Below, in pieces: positions 1 through 7,663 of a stretch of DNA of 37,473 nt. The stretch is taken from the IMG/VR virus record IMGVR_UViG_3300020043_002771, positions 1 to 37,473 of that record; one strand, given 5' to 3'. Under the pieces are notes generated by a model. That model was given only the letters and a program-made list of their open reading frames with translations, had not been told where the DNA came from and did no database searches. The position numbers and the translations under genes were made by a program. Within the stretch, counting starts at the first letter, position 1. Each line of letters begins with the position of its first letter. This DNA comes from a virus. Lineage: Duplodnaviria > Caudoviricetes.

Positions 1-121
1 GGCTTTGCCCACATTCACGTTGAGAAAAATGGCGATTATGAGGTCAACAACTTGCGAATAGTGGAAAATAAAATCCGATAATGATGAGATATTTATTTAT
101 ATTGCTGCTATTGGCGAGCTG
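1..121 (+). repeat. Inverted variant copy of 17141-17260 (end of metallophosphoesterase and start of spanin gene)
   Basis: The + strand reads GFAHIHVEKNGDYEVNNLRIVENKIR* then MRYLFILLLLAS. It matches the reverse complement of 17141-17260 with about 10 substitutions and one indel (hand count). Confidence 0.93.
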
Positions 122-272
122 GGATTGTAAACGTCTGAGAATAATCCGTGAATAGGGTTGAAATTTCTCGAAAATTGGCGATGCTCGAAGTGACCGAAAT
201 TTTTTCGTCGTTGAATAACTCAATCCTATGGCCAACGCCATCGACATAAATATAAAGTTGTACTGTCTGCAT
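108..272 (-). pseudogene. Truncated 5' fragment of the large tail protein (second copy of 29445-31772)
   Basis: Reads MQTVQLYIYVDGVGHRIELFNDEKISVTSSIANFREISTLFTDYSQTFTIPA, then hits the inversion junction and stops. Confidence 0.85.
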
Positions 273-661
273 TATACGATGTCGTTAATTATGTTATACG
301 AGTACTCGAAGTCAATTGTGTAGTTGATATTTTTGTCTTTTAATCTCGTTTTTAGAGCAGTTGATTTGCTCTTAACGTTTACAGGTTTCTCATCAAGGAG
401 CACCGTTTGGCTGAGCATTAAATCGGTAACAATTTCCGCGTAGCTCTCGTCAACCCAACCCGTGTTGAGAGTGACCGATTGCTTACCGCTAAAATTGAAT
501 GATTGAAACTGATTGCGAAGTGGGTTGTAATCAACCGCGTCGGGCAATAGTTGAAAAGTAGAATTTTCAGTTTGTAAGCTATTTGTCTGCGCTTTGAAAA
601 AAGTTAAAAATTGCCATCCTCCAAATCGGTTAATAAATGCGCATTGTACTGGCGTATATTT
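121..661. repeat. Direct repeat of 31621-32161 (offset exactly 31,500 bp)
   Basis: Ungapped line-by-line match with about 33 mismatches in 540 nt (about 94%, hand count), nearly all synonymous. Similarity ends abruptly after ...GGCGTATATTT. Confidence 0.95.
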
Positions 662-1381
662 TGCCTCGCAAATTGGCTTGAAAACGAGTGGCCCATCGGT
701 TGGGAAATTGCCAACTGCTACCCATCGAATTTTCGTAAGTGATCCAAGTGGGTAATCGTAGAACGGCCCAAAGAATGGAATCTTAAACATATAAATGTCG
801 GCAGGATTAGTCCCCGATTTTAGTATTCTTATTTCCTCGTTGCTGCCATCAATCTCATCATAAGACGCATAAACATCGTCAACACTATCGTAGTCAATTA
901 GCACGTTAAAATATCCGACCTCGCCATCGATTAAGCCTTCCTCATAGTAACCCGTGATTTTATCATTGATTAAAAAGGCGATGTCGGTTTCGTTGTCTTG
1001 ATTGAATCCGCCTAAGTAGTTCGTATAACCCTCAACCCCTACAAAACTCTGACGAGTTAAGCGGTCGTAGTCCTTTTCGCCTTCTAATCGATAGGACAAA
1101 TCCGCAGCGACATAAACCCAGTTGGAATAGTCCTCCTCAATTGTCGGAGTAGTTGGTAAAGTTGGGTTGATACACTCGATTTTTTCCGCTACAAATGGCG
1201 CAATGTTAAAAACGATATTTGTTTGCGTTGCTGATACGATTTTCTTTTGCAGCGTATAACTCGGATTGGTCGGCATTGTTTCACCTTTGTGCCAAATGTA
1301 TAGCTCGAGCTTCGCCTCCGCTTGCCCTGCCTCGTCAATTTGTAAAAAATAGGGCGATCTAACGTTTAATATTTTCATCAA
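272..1381 (-). CDS. Minor tail / distal-tail-like structural protein (module A)
   Basis: 369 aa, between the tail-completion gene and the large tail gene. The C-terminal ~130 aa are nearly identical to 31772-32845. Confidence 0.65.
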   Translation of the reverse strand: MMKILNVRSPYFLQIDEAGQAEAKLELYIWHKGETMPTNPSYTLQKKIVSATQTNIVFNIAPFVAEKIECINPTLPTTPTIEEDYSNWVYVAADLSYRLEGEKDYDRLTRQSFVGVEGYTNYLGGFNQDNETDIAFLINDKITGYYEEGLIDGEVGYFNVLIDYDSVDDVYASYDEIDGSNEEIRILKSGTNPADIYMFKIPFFGPFYDYPLGSLTKIRWVAVGNFPTDGPLVFKPICEAKYTPVQCAFINRFGGWQFLTFFKAQTNSLQTENSTFQLLPDAVDYNPLRNQFQSFNFSGKQSVTLNTGWVDESYAEIVTDLMLSQTVLLDEKPVNVKSKSTALKTRLKDKNINYTIDFEYSYNIINDIV

Positions 1382-1889
1382 TTACATATTTTAAAAACTG
1401 TTCTAAATCAAGGCCGTACTTTTCAGCGACCACCTCGTCAAATTGTTTGTATTCTAACTCAAAAGCCGAGCGGAAAAACCTCGTTTCGGGTGTTCCTGTC
1501 TTATTTATCGAGCGAGTTATTGCTCCGACTAACGCTTTGCGGCTTGTGAATTGTCCGCTTGCGCTTCGGGTGCCTTTGAGTCCCTTACGAACCACCCATT
1601 TATCAATCGCGCCTGTTGACGCGTTGGCCTTGTATGGCGATTGTGGAGCCTTATTGCTTGACTGACTCCCTTTTGTTCCGTAGTCCAATAGCTTCCAGTA
1701 CGACTCGGCAAAGAAATCAAACTCTAAAGAGTTCGGGTTTATCTTTGTTTTGAACGTGAGCGACCTCGATAGGTTTCCGCTTGCGTTGTGCGTGCCATAT
1801 TTACCACCACGTTTGAGGTTGTCCTGCGCTCGCTGAACAACTAACGCGCCAAATTCGTTGAGGGCCTGTTGAACTATTTTAGTTTCCAT
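1359..1889 (-). CDS. Tail completion / neck protein (HK97 gp10-like, module A)
   Basis: Basic 176 aa protein with SGNLSRS, DYGTKG and a terminal FF..AFE motif. Paralog of 32842-33372. Confidence 0.6.
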   Translation of the reverse strand: METKIVQQALNEFGALVVQRAQDNLKRGGKYGTHNASGNLSRSLTFKTKINPNSLEFDFFAESYWKLLDYGTKGSQSSNKAPQSPYKANASTGAIDKWVVRKGLKGTRSASGQFTSRKALVGAITRSINKTGTPETRFFRSAFELEYKQFDEVVAEKYGLDLEQFLKYVIDENIKR

Positions 1890-2343
1890 CGCAGCAAACT
1901 GAAAAATCGTCGTTTGGTACGCTCAATTCGATGTCACACTTCCAACCGTCTAACGCATTTGTGAACGCCATAAATATCGGCTGCAACGTTGGCTCGTTCA
2001 AAAGCTCAATGTCATCGTCGTTGCGTCTCAAATTCATTTTCGTGATCATGTAGTTGAGTATCGCGTGACAGGTGTTTAGGTTATCGAGTTCGTTGTCATT
2101 GCCCAAGAATTTGTCTTTGACTTGCACCTTTGACATATTGCGAATATCTACAACGGCCACCTCAAATGTGAAAGTCACAATGCCATTACTAACGACTGAC
2201 GATAGTACATTGATGTGAGCGAGTGGGAATATATTTTTTTTGACGTTGTCAATTATATCAGTTCCGTGAGTGATTGTATTTAAAAGCGGTGCGCTTTCGA
2301 GCGTTGCCTTTATGTAGTCGATTGCTTGATAAAATGATCTCAT
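1879..2343 (-). CDS. Putative tail terminator (module A)
   Basis: 154 aa, acidic and beta-rich, with FPLAHI. Positional and sequence paralog of 33366-33791 (YPISHI). Confidence 0.55.
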   Translation of the reverse strand: MRSFYQAIDYIKATLESAPLLNTITHGTDIIDNVKKNIFPLAHINVLSSVVSNGIVTFTFEVAVVDIRNMSKVQVKDKFLGNDNELDNLNTCHAILNYMITKMNLRRNDDDIELLNEPTLQPIFMAFTNALDGWKCDIELSVPNDDFSVCCDGN

Positions 2344-2607
2344 TATTTCATTTGCTTTTTAATTTGCTTAATTTCCTCTTGTGCCTCGTCGATTAGGTAA
2401 GATAGTAGCGTGAGTGACTCATGAAGTGGCTCCTTTCCCACGTCTCGAAGGTGGATATTAAGCTCTCGCGCAATTCTAATAAACGATTGATACCAACCCC
2501 ACCTTTCTCCAAAACCTCCTCCAAATTCAGTCCCTCCCTCGCTGCCTTGTCCTCCAAATGCAATAGGGTATTGCTCAATAATTCTTTGCTTAAAGTCCAA
2601 AAAAAAA
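2343..2607 (-). CDS. -1 frameshift extension of the chaperone (G/GT-like, module A)
   Basis: The -1 frame opens at the T9 run: LFFLDFKQRIIEQYP...WGWYQS. Its stop overlaps the next start at 2343. Confidence 0.75.
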
Positions 2608-3085
2608 GCATTGAACCTATAACGACATCCATTCGCACCTCGTTAAATAGTTCGGCCTTTTCATCGTCGCCATCATACTCCTCGATTTGGTAAAAAGGAT
2701 CTGCCCATTTAGTAATCGGACGATATAGCACCGACATCAAAAGCGGGATGTTCTCATCGTTTCCAAGTAGCGTGTCGATGGTTGCGTGTTCCCCGAGCGT
2801 CATCTTATCCATGTTCGGAATAAATCCGTAGTTGATGCCGTTCATTTTGAACGTGCGAACGAGCTTCGGCTTTTGATCCAATACTTTTGCAATAGTCTCA
2901 ATAATATCAGTAAAATCATTCACAGGAATTTTCATTACATCGGCCACGCTAAGATTGCAAAATATTGCCACCATTTGAATACAAACGAAGGTCTCATCGT
3001 CTTGGTTGTCTTTTAATACCTTTTGATATCTCGTGTATTGAGACAATTTTATTTCGGATAGGCTTGTGGGAATTACTACTCTCAT
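2393..3085 (-). CDS. Putative tail assembly chaperone, zero-frame product (module A)
   Basis: 230 aa with YGFIPN..MTLGE and a T9 slippery run at 2599-2607. Paralog of 33847-34527. Confidence 0.65.
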   Translation of the reverse strand: MRVVIPTSLSEIKLSQYTRYQKVLKDNQDDETFVCIQMVAIFCNLSVADVMKIPVNDFTDIIETIAKVLDQKPKLVRTFKMNGINYGFIPNMDKMTLGEHATIDTLLGNDENIPLLMSVLYRPITKWADPFYQIEEYDGDDEKAELFNEVRMDVVIGSMLFFWTLSKELLSNTLLHLEDKAAREGLNLEEVLEKGGVGINRLLELRESLISTFETWERSHFMSHSRYYLT

Positions 3086-3114
3086 ACTTATATAACTGAA
3101 AAATGTTGTTTTGT
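3086..3114 (-). promoter_or_regulatory. Putative phage late promoter ACAAA-N10-TCAGTTATA-N5-ATG
   Basis: Same motif and spacing as at 24690-24718 and 27362-27390. Confidence 0.75.
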
Positions 3115-3126
3115 TTATTTTTTGAA

Positions 3127-4392
3127 CTACGTTATGATAACTTTGCGAACTGGCTTTAATTCAAAATATATCCGCATCATTAAAGCGTCGGAATAATCGG
3201 GAGATCGTCCTATTTTCTTTTTTATTTCGTCTTTGTTTATTAAAGCTATTTTTGTGGCATCAGTTTCTCTTGCTAATCTTACCATTTCAAGCTCCTCAGT
3301 CAATTGCTCAGTTTGCTTTTCATTGCAATTTATGTATATTTCATTTCGGTTTACGGTCTCGGCTAATTTATAATAGCATTGAGTTTTAATATTTTGGAAA
3401 TTTTCCTCTTTGTTATTGTATTTTATAGGTTTAGCATTATTGGTAAATCCTAAGCATTTTAAATAATCCTTAACTCCTCCGCCTACTCCATCCTCATCCA
3501 CAATTATATTGTTTCGGTTTACGTTATATTTTTCGGCTAACTTATTTATAGCGTCGACGCTTTCGTCAACCCTTGAAACTTGCATTTCAAAAACTTCTAC
3601 AACCCTAAATCCATCCCAACAAAATATTACTGTTTTGTCTCTACCTAATCGAGCGATATCCGCAGTAATATATTTTATACCGCTTTCAATATGTGTGTTT
3701 GAAAATAATTTTACTATGCTTTCATTGGTCATTAATTGGCCTTCGTCTTCAGATTGTTCGGCCTCATAAAGTTCCTTAAATATTTTTTCGGGTAAATCTC
3801 GTTTTGCTTGTAGTATTTCCTCCTCCTCAATAATACCCTCAGCAACTGCATCCCAACAAGTGACTTTAAAATATTCGTATTCTTTATCGGTTTTGGCTTT
3901 TTCCTTTAATCTATGCACCCAGTTTGAAATGCCACCAAAATTGCCTATTAACTTACAAGGAGCATTTGTTGAGGTTAATGTGGAACGCAAAGCAAACCAC
4001 GCTTCCTCTCTTGCTCTTGGTGCCTCGTCAAATACACAAGCGTAAACATCCTCCCCATACAAATTATCAGGCTTTTCTGCCGACTTAAAATGTATTTCCG
4101 CTCCATTTGGGCAATAGATAATTAAATTTGTCTCGTTAAATTTATACAATTTTGTAGCTGCCAAATATCGTCTAAGTCGATTAAATGCGATTTTAGATTG
4201 ATTAAATACAGGAGCAACCCACCAATAGTTATGGCCTTGTTGGTTTTCATTTTCATGCGCTTTACCAAATAGCCATATAATATGAGAAAACGTTTTACCT
4301 ACTTTGGTTGAAGCCTCAGTAATAGTAAAACGTGATTTTGAGTTTAATATTTTTTTTTGGTATGTAGTTAAATTTGGAGGTATTATGTCCAT
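3127..4392 (-). CDS. terL: Terminase large subunit (module A, Terminase_6-like)
   Basis: Atypical Walker A EASTKVGKT, Walker B VFDEA, and nuclease motifs ITADIARLGRD and SPDYSDALM. Confidence 0.9.
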   Translation of the reverse strand: MDIIPPNLTTYQKKILNSKSRFTITEASTKVGKTFSHIIWLFGKAHENENQQGHNYWWVAPVFNQSKIAFNRLRRYLAATKLYKFNETNLIIYCPNGAEIHFKSAEKPDNLYGEDVYACVFDEAPRAREEAWFALRSTLTSTNAPCKLIGNFGGISNWVHRLKEKAKTDKEYEYFKVTCWDAVAEGIIEEEEILQAKRDLPEKIFKELYEAEQSEDEGQLMTNESIVKLFSNTHIESGIKYITADIARLGRDKTVIFCWDGFRVVEVFEMQVSRVDESVDAINKLAEKYNVNRNNIIVDEDGVGGGVKDYLKCLGFTNNAKPIKYNNKEENFQNIKTQCYYKLAETVNRNEIYINCNEKQTEQLTEELEMVRLARETDATKIALINKDEIKKKIGRSPDYSDALMMRIYFELKPVRKVIIT

Positions 4393-4652
4393 TTACTCAT
4401 ATCAATTACAGGAATTGTGACTCCTTCAACATCGATAGTTTGATCAGGTTTGCCAACGGTATACTCTAAAAACAATTTAGCCGCTGGAACGTCTTGATCT
4501 CCGATTGCTTTTATTTTAAGCATTGTTAAAACTTGAATAATGTCTTCGGTATTAAATGCCTCATTAATTTCCTCTTTGAATTTGTTTTTTCTTTTGTCAT
4601 CAGGCCGAGTTGCTTTTGTGCTATGTCCGCCATTATTTTTTCTATTATCCAT
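4383..4652 (-). CDS. terS: Probable terminase small subunit (module A)
   Basis: Overlaps the terL start. MDNRKNNGG N-terminus and AKLFLEYTVGKPDQ motif. Paralog of 36022-36291. Confidence 0.7.
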   Translation of the reverse strand: MDNRKNNGGHSTKATRPDDKRKNKFKEEINEAFNTEDIIQVLTMLKIKAIGDQDVPAAKLFLEYTVGKPDQTIDVEGVTIPVIDMSKWT

Positions 4653-4664
4653 AATTAATACAAA

Positions 4665-4883
4665 TTAACTATTAATATTGAATTGTCCTATTATTACTTG
4701 ATTAACTGGTATATTTTCGTCGGTTTGTATCTTAAAATCGCGGTATTCCTTGAGTTTTAAAATATCATACAGGTTTTTAGATAGCCAAAGCTCGTTGTGA
4801 GTGACGTCTTCGGGTTTATTATCAATTAATTTGTCTAAAAAATCAATCAGTAAATAGAATTCCTCTTGCTTTTGTTTTTTCAT
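4665..4883 (-). CDS. Hypothetical protein
   Basis: ORF in the operon. The MKKQK start is likelier than the track start at 4916. Confidence 0.5.
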   Translation of the reverse strand: MKKQKQEEFYLLIDFLDKLIDNKPEDVTHNELWLSKNLYDILKLKEYRDFKIQTDENIPVNQVIIGQFNINS

Positions 4884-5148
4884 TGATTTTGTCGACTTGC
4901 TCTTGGTTGTTGTCATAATGTTCTTTTATGCCGTATTTGATAACGAATGACCATTTGTCTCGGCCGTTAGTGTAGTAAATTGTGTCGATGCCTAACTTTT
5001 TGGCCGTTGATTCGAGATCGCTATTATTGCCGTCAATAGAGCGAGCAGTAAGAATACGGACGTCTTTACCATCTTTTATAAATTTAGCAGCTATTGCCTT
5101 ACCTTTTGGCGTTGACAACGTGCCATCATAATCAAAACTAATTGGCAT
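4843..5148 (-). CDS. Small HAD-superfamily phosphatase-like protein
   Basis: Motif I SFDYDGTL, motif II ILTAR, a conserved K, and motif IV HYDNN. Confidence 0.75.
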   Translation of the reverse strand: MPISFDYDGTLSTPKGKAIAAKFIKDGKDVRILTARSIDGNNSDLESTAKKLGIDTIYYTNGRDKWSFVIKYGIKEHYDNNQEQVDKINEKTKARGILFTD

Positions 5149-5512
5149 AATTATACAATTTGTATAAATCTTTAATTATTTGCTCGTGTACTTTTGAGCA
5201 GTTTGGGCAGTTGCTATTGTCTAAACCGAAATAATTGAGATATAAGGCGTTTAAATAGGTTACATCGTCAAAGTTTAACTCAGTGCGTTTTCCATCGATT
5301 ACACGCTGCCCTTTAAGCTCAAGGAACTCCTTAAACATTTCTTTATCGGGTTGAGTCATTTCGCTTTTAACTCGTTTGAAGTTAAATAAACGATTCAGTC
5401 CGAATTGACGCTCTTTGCATCCTTGACAAGGCTCAATCCCAACTGAGTCGGTAATGTTAGCGATGACATCGCCCAAGCCTTGAATTTCTTTTTTAGTCCT
5501 TCTTTTTGCCAT
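5138..5512 (-). CDS. Conserved Cys-rich (zinc-binding?) phage protein (module A)
   Basis: GLGD..., CQGC and CPNC motifs. Paralog of 36871-37236. Confidence 0.7.
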   Translation of the reverse strand: MAKRRTKKEIQGLGDVIANITDSVGIEPCQGCKERQFGLNRLFNFKRVKSEMTQPDKEMFKEFLELKGQRVIDGKRTELNFDDVTYLNALYLNYFGLDNSNCPNCSKVHEQIIKDLYKLYNYAN

Positions 5513-5921
5513 TTATTTTTGATTTGACCATCTTATTAACTCGATGGATTGTTTGTATGTGTATGCCTGTTTGTCGGCTGAGTTCACGCTGGCCAACCAA
5601 AGTTGAAAGCTCAAACATCGTGCGCTCGTACCAAGTTAGACCTTTGATAAGTGCCTTGTAATCAATTGGCTCAATATAAATTTCATCCTCAATCTCTATA
5701 TTGCTAAAATCGACTATTATATCCTTTTGCTGCTTTGTATAGTCATAGAATAAGTTTCTTAGAACTGTATAAATATAACCATCTTTTATAAGATTGGTAT
5801 TTTCATATAGTTTAAGATACATCTCTTGTACCAACTCATCCGCTAAGTCCTTGTCTTTGCAAATTTGGAAAGCCATCTTTCGCCATTGGGCATCCTTTTT
5901 GGCTAATTCCTCGAGCATCAC
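5493..5921 (-). CDS. Phage ECF-like RNA polymerase sigma factor
   Basis: Region 2-like LADELVQEMYLKL...LRNLFYD and region 4 HTH RELSRQTGIHIQTIHR. Confidence 0.8.
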   Translation of the reverse strand: MMLEELAKKDAQWRKMAFQICKDKDLADELVQEMYLKLYENTNLIKDGYIYTVLRNLFYDYTKQQKDIIVDFSNIEIEDEIYIEPIDYKALIKGLTWYERTMFELSTLVGQRELSRQTGIHIQTIHRVNKMVKSKINGKKKD

Positions 5922-6151
5922 AAAGTCATTGGATTAAAATATTCCGATAAAAATAGCAGCAGGGCCTCGTTATTTTCGATATAGTAGACCGTGCCTTGTA
6001 CTACGATACAAATCTCGCTTTCGTTCTCAACCCAGTAGCCGTTGATTGCGTCGACCATTACCCGAAACTCCACAAATGATCCGCCCATTCCAAGAGTGTC
6101 GTCCTCTTGTTCAAGCCACATCTGCGTACTTATCGTGTGTGGTTTTACCAT
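5918..6151 (-). CDS. Hypothetical protein
   Basis: 77 aa ORF with ATGA coupling to the sigma gene. Confidence 0.6.
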   Translation of the reverse strand: MVKPHTISTQMWLEQEDDTLGMGGSFVEFRVMVDAINGYWVENESEICIVVQGTVYYIENNEALLLFLSEYFNPMTL

Positions 6152-6155
6152 AACG

Positions 6156-6347
6156 CTACAAACCTAATAAATATTTCGATACCAAACTATTTTTTATCTC
6201 AATTATTTCTCCACTATCTATATAACGGCAAAAAGCGGTATTGTAACAAAGTCCGCTAATATAAAACTCACGCCCTTGCTTATTGATGTAGATCGGTGCG
6301 TTGATTGGCACCTCGAGGCCTTTGTATATTTTCGAGCCTGCTCTCAT
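6156..6347 (-). CDS. Hypothetical protein
   Basis: 63 aa ORF with ATGA overlap with the upstream gene. Confidence 0.55.
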   Translation of the reverse strand: MRAGSKIYKGLEVPINAPIYINKQGREFYISGLCYNTAFCRYIDSGEIIEIKNSLVSKYLLGL

Positions 6348-6553
6348 TGTTTAAATTTTAGTTTCGTCTCGTGGTGTATAATTTCGCGGTCAAGGTAGTG
6401 CATCGCTTTGCGTAGGTCCTCAAGGTGTGCGCCTTTGCGTCTCGCCCTTACGATATACTTGACTGCATTGCCCTCGTTAAAGTTGAGGTCGTAGTCTTTA
6501 ATGATGTCGATGACGTCATATTGCTGCTGGTTGTCGTAGTGTTTTGGTGTCAT
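6344..6553 (-). CDS. DUF3310 (SaV-like) protein
   Basis: PKHY...VIDII...FNEGNAVKYIVRA..KG..EDLRKA.HYL signature. Confidence 0.85.
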   Translation of the reverse strand: MTPKHYDNQQQYDVIDIIKDYDLNFNEGNAVKYIVRARRKGAHLEDLRKAMHYLDREIIHHETKLKFKQ

Positions 6554-6554
6554 A

Positions 6555-7190
6555 TTAAAATAGTTTTGTTTGATTAGTATGATTATTTATGCGCTGCATC
6601 GCTTTGTCAAAATACTCTTTATCTAATTCGCAAGCCGTTAGGTCAAATCCATAATCGTGGCAGGCGATAGCGATACTTCCGCTTCCTAAATGAGTGTCGA
6701 GTATTTTATCGCCTTGTTTTGCGTATTTGTCAAGGAGCCATTTGTAAAGAGCAACAGGTTTTTGTGTTGGGTGTATTCGTGTTTCTTGTTCTTGTTTTTT
6801 ATATCCGCTCCAAAGAAATTCAAATTTATCTACTTTGTTTATTATAGAACAAAATGCTAATTCGCCTTGAGTATAAGTTGGCATTGTTTCTTTTTTATCC
6901 CAAAAAATATAACCACCAATTAAACCAAAATAATTGCCGCCCCATATAATTTGATTTTTAGAAACCCTAAAAAGCTCATCAAAGTATTTTGAATTAGGTA
7001 TATCGTTATCCCAATTTTTTGATTTATATCCTACTTTCTTTTTTCTGCTCCAAGTTTGATTTTTAGGAGTGAACTTTTCTTTTGCTGCGTTAATGCCATA
7101 AGGCGGGTCTACTATTGCAAGTTCAAAATAATTGTCAGGGTAACGAGCCATTAAGACCATATTGTCTTCGTTTGAAATAGTTAATGCCAT
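6555..7190 (-). CDS. N6-adenine/N4-cytosine DNA methyltransferase (beta class), copy 1
   Basis: DPPY catalytic motif precedes HPTQKP and the SAM motif LDTHLGSGS. C-terminus QTKLF. Confidence 0.92.
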   Translation of the reverse strand: MALTISNEDNMVLMARYPDNYFELAIVDPPYGINAAKEKFTPKNQTWSRKKKVGYKSKNWDNDIPNSKYFDELFRVSKNQIIWGGNYFGLIGGYIFWDKKETMPTYTQGELAFCSIINKVDKFEFLWSGYKKQEQETRIHPTQKPVALYKWLLDKYAKQGDKILDTHLGSGSIAIACHDYGFDLTACELDKEYFDKAMQRINNHTNQTKLF

Positions 7191-7441
7191 ATAAAATCAG
7201 TGTCAAAGTCAGTCCATATTTTTACAATCGCTCCTGCGGCTTTTAGTTCCTCAATGCGCAGCTCTTGAATGGGCGATAGCTTCCCTCCTTCGCGTTTCAC
7301 TTCTATAAACATCGCCTTACCGTATTTGATTGCCAGCAGGTCGGGAATACCGTTGGTCGATGTCTTAATCAGTTTCGTGACATACCAACCACGCTCAATC
7401 AGTTTGCGTTTAATCTTTGTTTGGATCTGCTGCTCGTTCAT
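7181..7441 (-). CDS. VRR-NUC domain nuclease
   Basis: EQQIQ...NGIPDL...FIEVK...GKLSPIQ PD-(D/E)xK pattern. The true start is probably MNEQQ at 7441. Confidence 0.88.
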   Translation of the reverse strand: MNEQQIQTKIKRKLIERGWYVTKLIKTSTNGIPDLLAIKYGKAMFIEVKREGGKLSPIQELRIEELKAAGAIVKIWTDFDTDFIWH

Positions 7442-7455
7442 TGTATTAAATTTTG

Positions 7456-7560
7456 TAGTCAGGACAGGATTCGAACCTGTACAACTCGTTTGTCCTTTGG
7501 AACGAGTACTCCCAATGGTTGCGACCCATACGCTGCGTTTTCCTTTCCGCTCTCTGACTA
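7456..7560 (-). ncRNA. Oversized tRNA-like RNA
   Basis: Closing stem TAGTCAG/CTGACTA, D-like arm GCG-GAAAGGAAAA-CGC, perfect T arm ACAGG-TTCGAAT-CCTGT, and an expanded two-hairpin centre. Confidence 0.65.
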
Positions 7561-7565
7561 ATAAA

Positions 7566-7646
7566 CAAACACCCCTCAATTGACCGCCAAGTGCAAAAGA
7601 AGGGTGTTGTTAGTTGTGTGTTTTCTCTTGGCGGTGGTCAAATATA
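7566..7646 (-). promoter_or_regulatory. Host-type promoter (TATATTTG, 7639-7646) with a structured leader
   Basis: Bacteroidota -7 element, then interleaved pairings ACCGCCAAG/CTTGGCGGT and AACACCCTTC/GAGGGGTGTT. Confidence 0.65.
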
Positions 7647-7663
7647 CAAATTTATTTTAATAA

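Noticed and set aside
44-247. 67-aa ORF and its twin at 31541-31747
   Set aside because: Alternative frame of the tail gene start. The similarity just reflects the DNA repeat, and the first copy crosses the chimeric junction.
121-661. Diversity-generating retroelement template/variable repeat pair with 31621-32161
   Set aside because: No reverse transcriptase is present, and mismatches are mostly synonymous third positions rather than adenine-specific.
7442-7579. N-terminal extension of VRR-NUC in the ORF track
   Set aside because: It translates the tRNA-like element (GSNPVLTT is the T arm). The domain begins at MNEQQ.
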